Shown: piece by piece, positions 18,107 to 27,182 of the stretch | Numbering within the stretch: position 1 is the stretch's first letter | Layout: every line of letters starts with the position of its first letter | Assembly: GCA_964244175.1 (NCBI GenBank) | Contig: CAXTHY010000009.1 | Coordinates: forward strand, 29 to 64,028 | From: an uncultured Jatrophihabitans sp. | GTDB lineage: Bacteria; Actinomycetota; Actinomycetes; Mycobacteriales; Jatrophihabitantaceae | Direction: 5' to 3' | DNA: 64,000 nucleotides | Translations under genes and position numbers: made by a program | Notes under the pieces: model-generated | What the model saw: the letters and a program-made list of their open reading frames with translations, nothing else | Told to the model about the DNA's origin: nothing | Databases searched by the model: none

Positions 18107-18978
18107 CCACAACGCGTGAGACAAGGCTGCGCTCAGCCACCAAAGAGGTCGTCATCGGCCACGACCGGCCGTTCTGCCTGATCGGTGAGCGGATCAACCC
18201 GACCGGCCGCAAGATCTTCCAAGAGCAGCTGCGCGCCGGCGATCTGTCGGCCATCGAGCGGGACGTCGCGATGCAGGTGGCCGGCGGCGCCGACGTGCTC
18301 GACGTCAACATGGGCGTGCCACTGACCGACGAGGCCGAACTGCTGGCCAAGGCCGTCACGTTGATCCAGCAGCTCACCGACCTGCCGATCTGCATCGACT
18401 CGTCCGTCGTCGAGGCGCTCGAAGCCGGGCTCGCCGCCTACCACGGCCGGGCCCTCGTCAACTCGATCACGGCCGAGGACGACCGGATGGCCGCGATCCT
18501 GCCGCTGGTGAAGAAGTACGACGCGGCGATCATCGCGTTGCCGAACGACGCCGACGAGATCCCGATGGAGTCGGACAAGCGGCTCGACCTCGTGGGCAAG
18601 ATCGTCGAGGTCGCGACGACGGAGTACGGCATCGCGATCGAGGACATCGTCATCGATCCGCTGGCCATGCCGATCGGCGCCGACACCTCGCACGTGCAGA
18701 CGACGCTGACGACGATCCGCCGCATCCGCGACGAGTTCGGGTTGAACATGACCTGCGGCGCCTCCAACGTCTCGTTCGGCATGCCGGGCCGGCACCAGCT
18801 CGGCGCCGCCTTCCTGCCGATTGCGATGTCGGCCGGCCTGACCAGCGCGATCATGGATGCCCGGACGCCGCAGATCGTCGAGGCGGTCAAGGCCGCCGAC
18901 CTGCTGCTCGGTCACGACGAGTGGGGCATGGCCTGGATCGCGGCGCATCGGGCCCGGCAGGCTGCGGCCGCCACGTGA
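18103..18978 (+). CDS. Pterin-binding methyltetrahydrofolate:corrinoid methyltransferase (MtgA/MtrH/AcsE-like)
   Basis: 291 aa. Motifs: LIGERINPTGRK, DVLDVNMG, VNSI, CGASNVSFG. ATGA overlap with the corrinoid protein gene. Confidence 0.85.
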
Positions 18979-18988
18979 GTCACCCCAC

Positions 18989-20929
18989 GTGACCGAGCGG
19001 CCACCGGCCCTCGACGCCGACCTCGACAGCTACCGGCGCGAGGGCTTGATCGAACCTCCGGCGAACGCCGCCGAAAGCCGAGCCGCCGAGCACGACGGCA
19101 GCGGGCGCGTCGACCTGACGCTGCTGCCGGCGGGACGGACGGTGCGGGTCCCCCCGGGCGTGACGGTGTTCGACGGCGCGAGCTGGAACGGCATCGCCAT
19201 CGACTCGACCTGTGGCGGCCACGGCACGTGCAAGAAGTGCAAGGTGCAGATCGTCTCGGGGTCGGTGCCGGTATCGCGGCTGGACACCCGCGCGTTCACC
19301 GCCGACCAGCTGCGCGCCGGCTGGCGGTTGGCCTGCCTGGCCCAGGCGACGCAGCACCTCACCGTCGAGGTGCCGCCGCTGCTGACCCGGCCGAAGGCGG
19401 CCACCGTCGGCGTCGGCCGGCAGGTCATCCTGCGCCCGGCCGTGCAGAAGCGCTACGTCGAGCTCGGCGAACCGACGCTGACCGACCAGCGGCCCGACCT
19501 CACCCGGCTGCTGGCGGCCATCGACGACCTCGCACCGCAGCCCGACCTGCATCTGCTGCGGCGGCTGCCCACGGTGCTGCGGGCGGCCGACTACAAGATC
19601 ACCGCCGTCATCGTGGACGAGGCGCTGATCGACGTCGAAGCCGGCGACACGACGGCCCGGCAGTTCGGCATCGCCTTCGACCTCGGCACCACCACCGTCG
19701 TCGCCACGCTCGTCGACCTGACCACTGGCACGCCGGTCGCGGTGCGCTCGATGCTCAATCGCCAACAGCCCTTCGGCGGCGATGTGATCACCCGCATCAG
19801 CGCGACGATGATGGATCCCGAGGCGCTGGGCCGGCTGACGAGGGCGGCGCACGACACGCTGGCCGAGCTGGCGGCCGAGGTGTGCACCGAGGGCGAAGTG
19901 GCCCTGGCCGAGGTGTACGAGATCGCGGTCGCGGGCAACGCGACGATGACCGCGCTGGCGTTGGGCATCGACCCCGAGCCGCTCGGCGTCGCGCCGTTCG
20001 TCATGTCGTGCTCGACCCCGCCGGTGGTGCTGGCCAGCGACCTGGGCGTGCCGGTCCACCCGGGCGCGCGGGCGGTGACGTTCCCGGCCCTGGGCGCATA
20101 CGTCGGCGGTGACATCGTGGCCGGCATCCTGGCCACCGGCATGGACCGCGACAAGCGGCTGCGGCTGTTCATCGACGTCGGGACGAACTGCGAGATCGTG
20201 CTCGGCGACGGCGAACGCATCCTGGCCACGGCGGCGCCGGCCGGGCCGGCGTTCGAAGGCGGCGCGATCCGCTGCGGCATGCGCGCGGCCGACGGCGCGA
20301 TCGAGGTCGTGAAGCTCGGTGACGACGTCACCCTGGGCGTGATCGGCGACGTCACGCCGGTCGGGCTCTGCGGTTCGGGCCTCGTCGACGTCGTGGCCGA
20401 ACTGGTGAAGGTCGGCCTGGTCGACGCGTCCGGCCGGTTCGTCCCCGAAGACGCTGCCGCCACCATCGCGCCGGCGTTGGCCGATCGGCTGACCAAGGTG
20501 GGCGAGGAACGCGTCTTCATCCTGTACCGCCCGTCGCCGACGTCCGAGCCGCAGGACACCGTGTACCTCTCGCAGCGTGACATCCGCGAGTTGCAGTTCG
20601 CCAAGGCCGCCATCGCCACCGGCTGGGCGCTACTGGTCGAGGAGTTCGGGGTCGAGCCGCGTGAGGTGCAGCAGGTGCTGTTGGCCGGGTCGTTCGGCAG
20701 TTACCTGTCACCCTCGTCCGCGATCCGCATCGGTTTGGTGCCCAAGCTGCCCGTGCTGCGCATCGTCTCGGCCGGCAACGTCGCCGGCGAAGGGGCGAAG
20801 ATGGCCTTGCTGAGCCGCCGCGAACGCGAGGGCGCAGCCGCGCTGCTTGAGGAGGTGCGCTATGTCGAACTCTCCGACCGGACCGACTTCAACGACAAGT
20901 TCGTCGACCAGCTCGCCTTCCCGGGCTGA
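18989..20929 (+). CDS. RACo-type reductive activase of corrinoid proteins (2Fe-2S ferredoxin domain plus ASKHA ATPase-like domain)
   Basis: N-terminal CGGHGTCKKCKV...LACL cysteine pattern. C-terminal ASKHA-like motifs FDLGTTTVV and IDVGTNCEIVLG. GTG 18989 lies 10 nt after the previous stop. Confidence 0.8.
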   Translation: MTERPPALDADLDSYRREGLIEPPANAAESRAAEHDGSGRVDLTLLPAGRTVRVPPGVTVFDGASWNGIAIDSTCGGHGTCKKCKVQIVSGSVPVSRLDTRAFTADQLRAGWRLACLAQATQHLTVEVPPLLTRPKAATVGVGRQVILRPAVQKRYVELGEPTLTDQRPDLTRLLAAIDDLAPQPDLHLLRRLPTVLRAADYKITAVIVDEALIDVEAGDTTARQFGIAFDLGTTTVVATLVDLTTGTPVAVRSMLNRQQPFGGDVITRISATMMDPEALGRLTRAAHDTLAELAAEVCTEGEVALAEVYEIAVAGNATMTALALGIDPEPLGVAPFVMSCSTPPVVLASDLGVPVHPGARAVTFPALGAYVGGDIVAGILATGMDRDKRLRLFIDVGTNCEIVLGDGERILATAAPAGPAFEGGAIRCGMRAADGAIEVVKLGDDVTLGVIGDVTPVGLCGSGLVDVVAELVKVGLVDASGRFVPEDAAATIAPALADRLTKVGEERVFILYRPSPTSEPQDTVYLSQRDIRELQFAKAAIATGWALLVEEFGVEPREVQQVLLAGSFGSYLSPSSAIRIGLVPKLPVLRIVSAGNVAGEGAKMALLSRREREGAAALLEEVRYVELSDRTDFNDKFVDQLAFPG

Positions 20930-21521
20930 GGCCGCGGGGCGACGGGTCGCGTTGATCGCCTGCGGTGCGCTGGCCCAGCCGGCCGAGCAGATCGCGGCGC
21001 GGCGCGGGTGGCCGGTCGACGTCCACCCGCTGCCCCCGTTGCTGCACAACCAACCGCAGTTGATCGCCGGGCAGGTGGAAGCGTTGGCGGCGCAGTTGCA
21101 ACCGCGCTACCGCTCGGTGGTGGTCGGTTATGCCGACTGCGGGACGTACGGCGCGTTGGACGACGTGTGCGCGCGGCTCGGTCTGCAGCGCCTCGGCGGC
21201 CTGCACTGCTACGACGTGTTCGCCGGCGCTGATCGGCTGCGCGCGTTCTTCGCTGCGCAGCCGGGGACGTACGTGCTGACCGACTTCCTGGTGCGGTCCT
21301 TCGCCCGGACGGTCGAGCGCGAACTCGGCCTCGACCGCTATCCCGAGCTGCGCGACACCTACTTCGGTAACTACACCCGCGTGGTATGGCTGGCGCAGGA
21401 GCCCGACGACGAGTTGCGCGCACTGGCCGCCGCGGCCGCCGCCCGGATCGACCTGCCGCTGACCGTCGTCGACACCGGCACGGACGGGCTGGAACGCGAG
21501 CTGGCCGCGCTGCTGCGCTGA
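20862..21521 (+). CDS. DUF1638 domain protein (function unknown)
   Basis: Motifs: RRVALIACGAL, VVGYADCGTYGALD. ATG 20862 has AGGAGG 6 nt upstream and overlaps the activase 3' end by 68 nt in another frame. Confidence 0.7.
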   Translation: MSNSPTGPTSTTSSSTSSPSRAEAAGRRVALIACGALAQPAEQIAARRGWPVDVHPLPPLLHNQPQLIAGQVEALAAQLQPRYRSVVVGYADCGTYGALDDVCARLGLQRLGGLHCYDVFAGADRLRAFFAAQPGTYVLTDFLVRSFARTVERELGLDRYPELRDTYFGNYTRVVWLAQEPDDELRALAAAAAARIDLPLTVVDTGTDGLERELAALLR

Positions 21522-21528
21522 GCCCGGC

Positions 21529-22386
21529 TCAGGCGTCGACCGACGCGCCGAGTCGGTGCAGCAGGCCGCGGCGCCACTGCTCGGTCTCGGCCACCTGATT
21601 GAACGTGAACACGTGCAGGCCCTCGACCCGCGCGTCCGGGGCGGCCAGCGCCGGGGCCAGCTTCTCGAGGAAGCGCTCGCCGGTGAATCCGCCGGGCGCG
21701 GCCAGCCGGGTGAGCGTGCGCCGGTGCTTGGCCAGGAACTTCGTCGACTCGCCCACACCGATCTTCGTCGCCATCAGCACCAGCTTCGTGCGATCCACCG
21801 GCCCCGGCACACCGACCAGCAGCGGGATGGTGATCCCGCGCCCACGCATCCGGCGCAACCACGTCTGCACCAGGGCCGGGTCGAAGGTCAGGTTGCTGAC
21901 CACCTGGGTGGCGTGCCGGCGCTTGTCCCACATGGCCTGCACGGTCAGGTCGTCGTGGATCGACGGGTGCGACTCGGGATAACCGGTGACGCCGACGTTC
22001 GGGAACGGCCGGCCGAGGGCCTCGAGATCCTCGAGCAGGTCGAGGGCGGCGTGGTAGTCACCGGCTGGCGGATCGGCGTCGCCGGCCGGCACGAAGATCG
22101 TCCGCACGCCGGCGGCCCCGAGCCGGTCGCTGATCTCGGCCAACTCGCTTCGCCCGGACACCATCCGGGCGGCCAGGTGGGGCACGACCTGGTACCCGTG
22201 GCCGGCGAGCCGCTCGGCCAGGTCGAGCGTGGCCGCGATTCCCTTCGACGGCGAGGCCGTGATCGTGACGGTGAATCCGGCCGGCAGGTGCTCCAGCACC
22301 GCCGCCTCGGCCGCAGCAGTGGGCAGCACCTCGTAGCGGACGTGGGTCAGCAGCCGGCGCAGCGTCTCAGTAGTCTTGTTGCGCAT
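21529..22386 (-). CDS. metF: Methylenetetrahydrofolate reductase
   Basis: 285 aa from ATG 22386. MetF-like TIM-barrel sequence (SPSKGIAATLDLAERL..., GVTGYPESHP, LTFDPALVQTWLRRMRGRGITIPLLVGVPGP). Confidence 0.8.
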   Translation of the reverse strand: MRNKTTETLRRLLTHVRYEVLPTAAAEAAVLEHLPAGFTVTITASPSKGIAATLDLAERLAGHGYQVVPHLAARMVSGRSELAEISDRLGAAGVRTIFVPAGDADPPAGDYHAALDLLEDLEALGRPFPNVGVTGYPESHPSIHDDLTVQAMWDKRRHATQVVSNLTFDPALVQTWLRRMRGRGITIPLLVGVPGPVDRTKLVLMATKIGVGESTKFLAKHRRTLTRLAAPGGFTGERFLEKLAPALAAPDARVEGLHVFTFNQVAETEQWRRGLLHRLGASVDA

Positions 22387-22433
22387 AATGCAACTCAATT
22401 CAAATGATGCTACTAATCTTGGCCAGCATACCG

Positions 22434-24137
22434 TCAGTGCTGCGCGGCGAAGTCCTGGCCGCGGATGGTCACGAAGGCGATGACGCCCGCGGCCAGAGCG
22501 ACGATCGCGGCCACCAGCAGGATCAGGTTCAGCCCCGACGCGAACGCGTTCGTCGCGATGCTGCGAACCGTCCCGCGGGCCGAGTCCGGCAGCTTGGTGA
22601 TCACCTTCGCTACCGCCCCCGATTGGATGGCGGTCGCCAGCTCCTGGCCGTGTCCGCGCAGTGCCGACACCCCCGAGACCCGCGAGAGCACCTCGCTGCT
22701 GACGCGCGAGGAGAACAGTGAGCCCAGCATGGCGATGCCAGTGGCGATGCCGATCTGCCGGAACGTCGCGTTGATGCCGGACGCCATGCCGGCCTGGGCC
22801 GGTTTGACGACCCCGATCGCGGTCGAGGCCAGCGGCGGGTTGACCAGCCCGACCCCGATGCCACTGACGATCAGCCCGGGCACCAGGTGCGTCCAGACCG
22901 TCGACGCGTCCAGGCCGCGCATCAGCAACAACCCCACGCCGACAAGCACCAGCCCGGTGCCGATCAGCGCGCGGACCGGAACGTGCCCGCTGGCCCGGCC
23001 GGCGATCGTCGCGGTGACCAGGATGCCGCCGGACAGCACGAGGAGCCGCAGACCGGTCCCGAGTGCGTCGAAGCCGAGCACGTCCTGCAGGTAGAGCACG
23101 AAGTACAGCAGCAGCGCGAAGATCGACGCACTGAGCCCGAATGCTGCCACCGCACCGCCGGTGAAGGTCGGTTTAGCGAACAGGCCGAGGTCGAACATCG
23201 GCGCCTTACTGCGCAGTTCGACGCCGACGAACAATGCCAGCAGCACGCCGGCGGCGATCAGGCAGGCGACGACGCGGGTGGTGCCGAACGAGGTTTCCGA
23301 CGACTCGATCAGCGCGTAGATCAGGCTGGCCAGCGCGGCGGTGAAGATGACGAAGCCGACCCAGTCGGGACGACGGGCCTGCGGCGCCTTTGACTCGGCG
23401 ACCCGCAGTATCGTCAGCACGATCGCCACGGCACCGACTGGCAGGTTGACGAAGAAGATCCACCGCCACGACAGGCCCGAGGTGAGCACGCCCCCCAGCA
23501 GCGGGCCGAGGGCTACCGCCAGCCCGGTGATCGCGCCCCAAATGCCGAAGGCCACGCCGCGGTCCTTGCCGCGGAACGCGTCGGCCAGCAGCGCCAGCGA
23601 CACCGCGAACATAATCGCGCCGCCGAGGCCTTGCAGTCCGCGCGAGAGCTGCAGCATCAGCGTGTCCTGGGCCAGCCCGCACAGTAATGAGGCCGCGCTG
23701 AACACGGCCAGGCCGACGACGTAGAGGCGGCGGCGACCGTACAGGTCGGCCAGGCTGCCGGTGGTGAGCAGCAGCGAGGCCAGCGTCAGCGCGTACGCGT
23801 CGACGACCCATTGCAGGTCGGAGAAGCTGGACCCGAGCGCCGACTGGATGTCCGGCAGCGCCACGTTCACGATCGTCACGTCGAGCAGCAGCATGAAGGT
23901 GCCGAGACATACGGCGACCAGCGTCCACCATTTGTGCGGCTCGGGTCCGGTGCCCTTCGCCTTCGGCGGCGCCGCGGAACGGCCGCCGGCGGACGAAGCC
24001 GGCGACGCCGTTGCGTCGCCGGTCTCGCGCTCGACCAATTCGGCCACCGAGACCGGTGCGGCCGGGTGCTCGTGACGGCCGGCGGTGGGCTCTGGCGAAC
24101 TAGCTTGCGGTGAGTCGGTCACACTTTGCTCCAGCAC
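22434..24137 (-). CDS. MFS transporter, DHA2 family, with a hydrophilic N-terminal extension
   Basis: 567 aa, GTG start. WWTLVAVCLGTFMLLLDVTIVNVALPDI and LADLYGRRRLYVVGLAVF are typical DHA2 motifs. About 14 predicted TM segments. Confidence 0.8.
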   Translation of the reverse strand: MLEQSVTDSPQASSPEPTAGRHEHPAAPVSVAELVERETGDATASPASSAGGRSAAPPKAKGTGPEPHKWWTLVAVCLGTFMLLLDVTIVNVALPDIQSALGSSFSDLQWVVDAYALTLASLLLTTGSLADLYGRRRLYVVGLAVFSAASLLCGLAQDTLMLQLSRGLQGLGGAIMFAVSLALLADAFRGKDRGVAFGIWGAITGLAVALGPLLGGVLTSGLSWRWIFFVNLPVGAVAIVLTILRVAESKAPQARRPDWVGFVIFTAALASLIYALIESSETSFGTTRVVACLIAAGVLLALFVGVELRSKAPMFDLGLFAKPTFTGGAVAAFGLSASIFALLLYFVLYLQDVLGFDALGTGLRLLVLSGGILVTATIAGRASGHVPVRALIGTGLVLVGVGLLLMRGLDASTVWTHLVPGLIVSGIGVGLVNPPLASTAIGVVKPAQAGMASGINATFRQIGIATGIAMLGSLFSSRVSSEVLSRVSGVSALRGHGQELATAIQSGAVAKVITKLPDSARGTVRSIATNAFASGLNLILLVAAIVALAAGVIAFVTIRGQDFAAQH

Positions 24138-24245
24138 TCGGCAGGATCCGTTGACGTGTCTACGGTACGTAGTCGTGCCCCGGAACGGGACGGCGATGCG
24201 CTCCGGGGCGGCCGGTCACCAGGCCGCCGGTGACAAGGCGCGGGC

Positions 24246-25196
24246 TCAGCCGACGGTGATCGCGTCCAGCCGCTCGCGCAGGAAGTCGGCCGAGCGCACC
24301 GGCCGGTGTTGGTTCGGCCGGCCGACGGGGGGCGGCAGCGCCTCGATCGTCGCGTCACGGTCAGCCTCGTAGAAGTAGACGAGCGAGACGAGGTCCTCGT
24401 CCGGCGCCGCGGCCTGCGGCGGCAGCACGCGATGCCGGTTCGACGTCCACCGGTCACCGCTCCACCGGGCGAGCAGGTCGCCGGTGTTGACGGTGAACGC
24501 GTCAGGCACGAACGGCGCGTCCTCCCAGCCGTCGGACTCGGTCCACACCTGCAGGCCGCCCTTACCCGGCTCGCGATCGAGGATCGTCACCGTGCCGAAG
24601 TCGGTGTGCGGACCGATGCGGTACTGGCCGTCCTCGGGGGCGCCGGTGACCCCCATCGGCGGGTACCAGTTGATGTTCATGGTGTGCGTCGCGTGCTGAG
24701 TGTGCCGGGTGAAGAAATCGGGCTCCAGGCCCAGCGCCGTGCCGCACAGGCGCAGCAGTTCGTCGGCCAGCGTCTTCATCGTGTGCAGGTACTGCGTCAC
24801 CGCCGGCTCGAGGGCCGGCACCTCGGCCGGGAACACGTTGCGCTGGAACCAGTAACCGTCCAGCGGTGCGGTCGTGTCGTCGGCGCCGACGGAGAACGAC
24901 TCCTTGAGGTCCGGCGGCGTCTCGGTGCCCTCGGCGTAGCCGTTGGCCTCGACGCCCGGCGGCAGCCAGCCGCGCCCGGCCACCGTCACCGCGTAGGGCT
25001 GCTTGGTCGCCGCAGGCAGCGCGAAGAACTCGCGGGCGGCCGAGCGCAGCGCCGTGCGCGCCTGCGCGGTCACGCCGTGCCCGGTGATCAGGAAGAAGCC
25101 GACGTCCTGCAGCGCGGCGTCGACCTGGGCCGCAACCGGGTCGCGGCCGGTCCCGTCGAACCACGGTTGCAGGTCGATCACGGGCACGTGTGTCAT
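24246..25196 (-). CDS. 2-oxoglutarate/Fe(II)-dependent oxygenase, isopenicillin-N-synthase-like family
   Basis: MTHVPVIDLQPWFDG (DIOX_N-like), HTDFGTVTIL (HxD) and distal NRHRV. The ATG shares one base with the upstream stop (TGATG). Confidence 0.85.
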   Translation of the reverse strand: MTHVPVIDLQPWFDGTGRDPVAAQVDAALQDVGFFLITGHGVTAQARTALRSAAREFFALPAATKQPYAVTVAGRGWLPPGVEANGYAEGTETPPDLKESFSVGADDTTAPLDGYWFQRNVFPAEVPALEPAVTQYLHTMKTLADELLRLCGTALGLEPDFFTRHTQHATHTMNINWYPPMGVTGAPEDGQYRIGPHTDFGTVTILDREPGKGGLQVWTESDGWEDAPFVPDAFTVNTGDLLARWSGDRWTSNRHRVLPPQAAAPDEDLVSLVYFYEADRDATIEALPPPVGRPNQHRPVRSADFLRERLDAITVG

Positions 25197-25645
25197 CAGT
25201 CGACTCCGATGTCCTCGTTCCAGATGTCGGGGTGCGCGGCGATGAAGTCGGTCATCATCTGCACGCACGCCAGGTCGTCGAGCAGCACGACCTCGACGCC
25301 GTTCTCGGCCAGCCAGTCGTGCCCACCGTAGAACGTCCGCGCCTCGCCGATCACCACGCGTGAGATGCCGAACTGCCGGATGAGTCCGCTGCAGTACCAG
25401 CAGGGCGAGAGCGTCGTGACCATCGTCGTGCCCCGGTACGACGGCTGCCGGCCGGCCGCCTTGAACGCCGCGGTCTCGCCGTGCAGGGACGGATCGCCGT
25501 CCTGGACGCGCCGGTTGTGGCCGCGGCCGAGCACCACACCGTCGCGGCCGACGAGCGCGCCCCCGATCGGGACGCCGCCCTCGGCCAGTCCGGCCCGCGC
25601 CTCGTCGACGGCAACAGCCAGCCAGGCGTCGTAGTCCTCGCTCAC
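25196..25645 (-). CDS. CMP/dCMP-type zinc deaminase (Fcy1/cytosine-deaminase-like nucleobase deaminase)
   Basis: 149 aa from GTG 25645. Motifs: HGETAAF (HxE) and PCWYCSG (PCxxC). GTGA overlap with the permease gene. Only the last 149 codons of ORF 25196..26953 are used. Confidence 0.85.
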   Translation of the reverse strand: MSEDYDAWLAVAVDEARAGLAEGGVPIGGALVGRDGVVLGRGHNRRVQDGDPSLHGETAAFKAAGRQPSYRGTTMVTTLSPCWYCSGLIRQFGISRVVIGEARTFYGGHDWLAENGVEVVLLDDLACVQMMTDFIAAHPDIWNEDIGVD

Positions 25646-27081
25646 GCCAGGCGCGCGCCCACGCTCGGCGACTCGGTGGCCGGGGCGCCGTCGTCGACCG
25701 GCGGTCCGAGCTTCGGGCGCAGCGCGTAGAACAGCGCGGTGTAGACGACGGCCGCGATGACGAACCCGATCTCGAAGGTCAGATCGCCCAGCGCAGGATG
25801 ATCCTTGACCAGCAGGCCGACGTACTTGGACTGGTTGGAGAACAGCCAGATCGACAGGCCGCCGCCGACCAGCATGGCGATGGGGCCGGCCCAGTTCTGG
25901 TAGCGCCGATCGCCGATCAGCTCCTGGATGCTCGTGCCGCGTCGCAGCAGGCGGTCGAGAAGCACGACCCCGAGCCAGGGCCCGATCCAGTACGAGATGA
26001 TCAGCAGGAAGTCCTCGTAGTTCGTCCCCGCGTTCTTGATGCCAGGAAACGCGACCGCGAGCCCGATGAGGCTGAGCACCAGGGCCACCGCCGCGCGCGA
26101 GCCCTTCGTGGGCAGCCGGATACCCAGCGCCATGAAGGAGATCGAGCCCGAGTACATGTTCAGGGCGTTGGCCGAGATCGCCCCGATGACGACCGCGAGC
26201 AACGTCAGCTTGCCCAGCCAGGTCGGGACGAGGTTCGTGAACGAGGACGGCTCGAAGGCGCTCTGCCCGGCGGTGACGACGGCCGAGCCGGCGGTCTCGA
26301 GCAGCACGCAGGAGGCGAACACCCCGAGGCTCGACCACAGCCCCACCGACGCCGGCTTGGCGTCCGTCGGCAGGTAGCGCGTGTAGTCGGCGGCGTAGGG
26401 GTTCCAGCCGGCGGCGTACCCGAAGGTCGCGCCAACCATGATGAGGAAGCCGCCCGGGATCGTGTGGTGCGCGGCGCCCGGGTGCGCCTTCGTCAGCACC
26501 CACACGCTGACGACGACAAAGATCACCGTGAGCAGCGGAAAGGCGTAACGCTCGAACGCCTGCACGAGGTTGTGGCCGAAGAACGCGAGCAGCAGTTCGG
26601 CCGCCACGACGATGACCAGGCACAACCCCTTGGGGAACGCGTCGATGAGCGAGTGCAGGGCCAGCGCACCGCTGATGCTGTTGACCGCGAACCAGCCGAC
26701 GCCGGCCACCACGGTGTTCAGCCCGGCCGGCAGGATGTTGCCGAAGAAGCCGAAACCGCTGCGACTGAGCACCATCTGGGGCACCCCGTGGCGCGGACCC
26801 CACGTCGACAGGATCCCCTGCGTGCCGGCGCCGACCGCCGTGCCCAGCACGATCGCCAGGAACGACTGCCAGAACGAGAGCCCGAAGAACAGCGGCCCGA
26901 GGATGCCGACGCCCACGGTCGCGAATTCCATGTTCGGCGACGTCCACGTCCACAGCATCTGCAGCGGTGAGCCGTGGCGTTCGTCCAGCGGGATGAACTC
27001 GACCCCGCCCGGTTCGACCGCGACGATCTTGCTGCCGTAGTTGCGTTCCGGGTCATCAACGATGGGCAAGGTGGCCGTCAT
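25642..27081 (-). CDS. NCS1 (purine-cytosine permease, CodB-like) family transporter
   Basis: 479 aa, 12-TM type. N-terminus has IPLDERHGSPLQMLWTWTSPNMEF, typical of cytosine/purine permeases. Confidence 0.85.
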   Translation of the reverse strand: MTATLPIVDDPERNYGSKIVAVEPGGVEFIPLDERHGSPLQMLWTWTSPNMEFATVGVGILGPLFFGLSFWQSFLAIVLGTAVGAGTQGILSTWGPRHGVPQMVLSRSGFGFFGNILPAGLNTVVAGVGWFAVNSISGALALHSLIDAFPKGLCLVIVVAAELLLAFFGHNLVQAFERYAFPLLTVIFVVVSVWVLTKAHPGAAHHTIPGGFLIMVGATFGYAAGWNPYAADYTRYLPTDAKPASVGLWSSLGVFASCVLLETAGSAVVTAGQSAFEPSSFTNLVPTWLGKLTLLAVVIGAISANALNMYSGSISFMALGIRLPTKGSRAAVALVLSLIGLAVAFPGIKNAGTNYEDFLLIISYWIGPWLGVVLLDRLLRRGTSIQELIGDRRYQNWAGPIAMLVGGGLSIWLFSNQSKYVGLLVKDHPALGDLTFEIGFVIAAVVYTALFYALRPKLGPPVDDGAPATESPSVGARLA

Positions 27082-27182
27082 GGCGCATACCTTTCACCCG
27101 CGTTGTGTCGTGCGGGTTACGAACCGCGCGAGACAGGGTTGCGATGGATGAGGACCGCACCCACGAGGGGCACGATGGAAGC

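Noticed and set aside
18857-18988. Upstream extension of the activase ORF overlapping the methyltransferase gene
   Set aside because: The extension is an out-of-frame read of the preceding gene's 3' end. GTG 18989, just after that gene's stop, gives a sensible N-terminus ahead of the 2Fe-2S domain.
24138-24245. Short inverted repeats (TACGGTACGTA and GGTCACC...GGTGAC) between the MFS start and the oxygenase stop
   Set aside because: The arms are only 5-6 bp and imperfect, which cannot be distinguished from chance in GC-rich DNA. No adjacent regulator gene supports an operator call.
25196-26953. 585-aa ORF over the deaminase and permease region
   Set aside because: Only the C-terminal 149 codons carry the CDA-fold zinc motifs. 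The remainder is an alternative frame of the NCS1 permease gene with Arg/Gly/Pro-rich nonsense composition.
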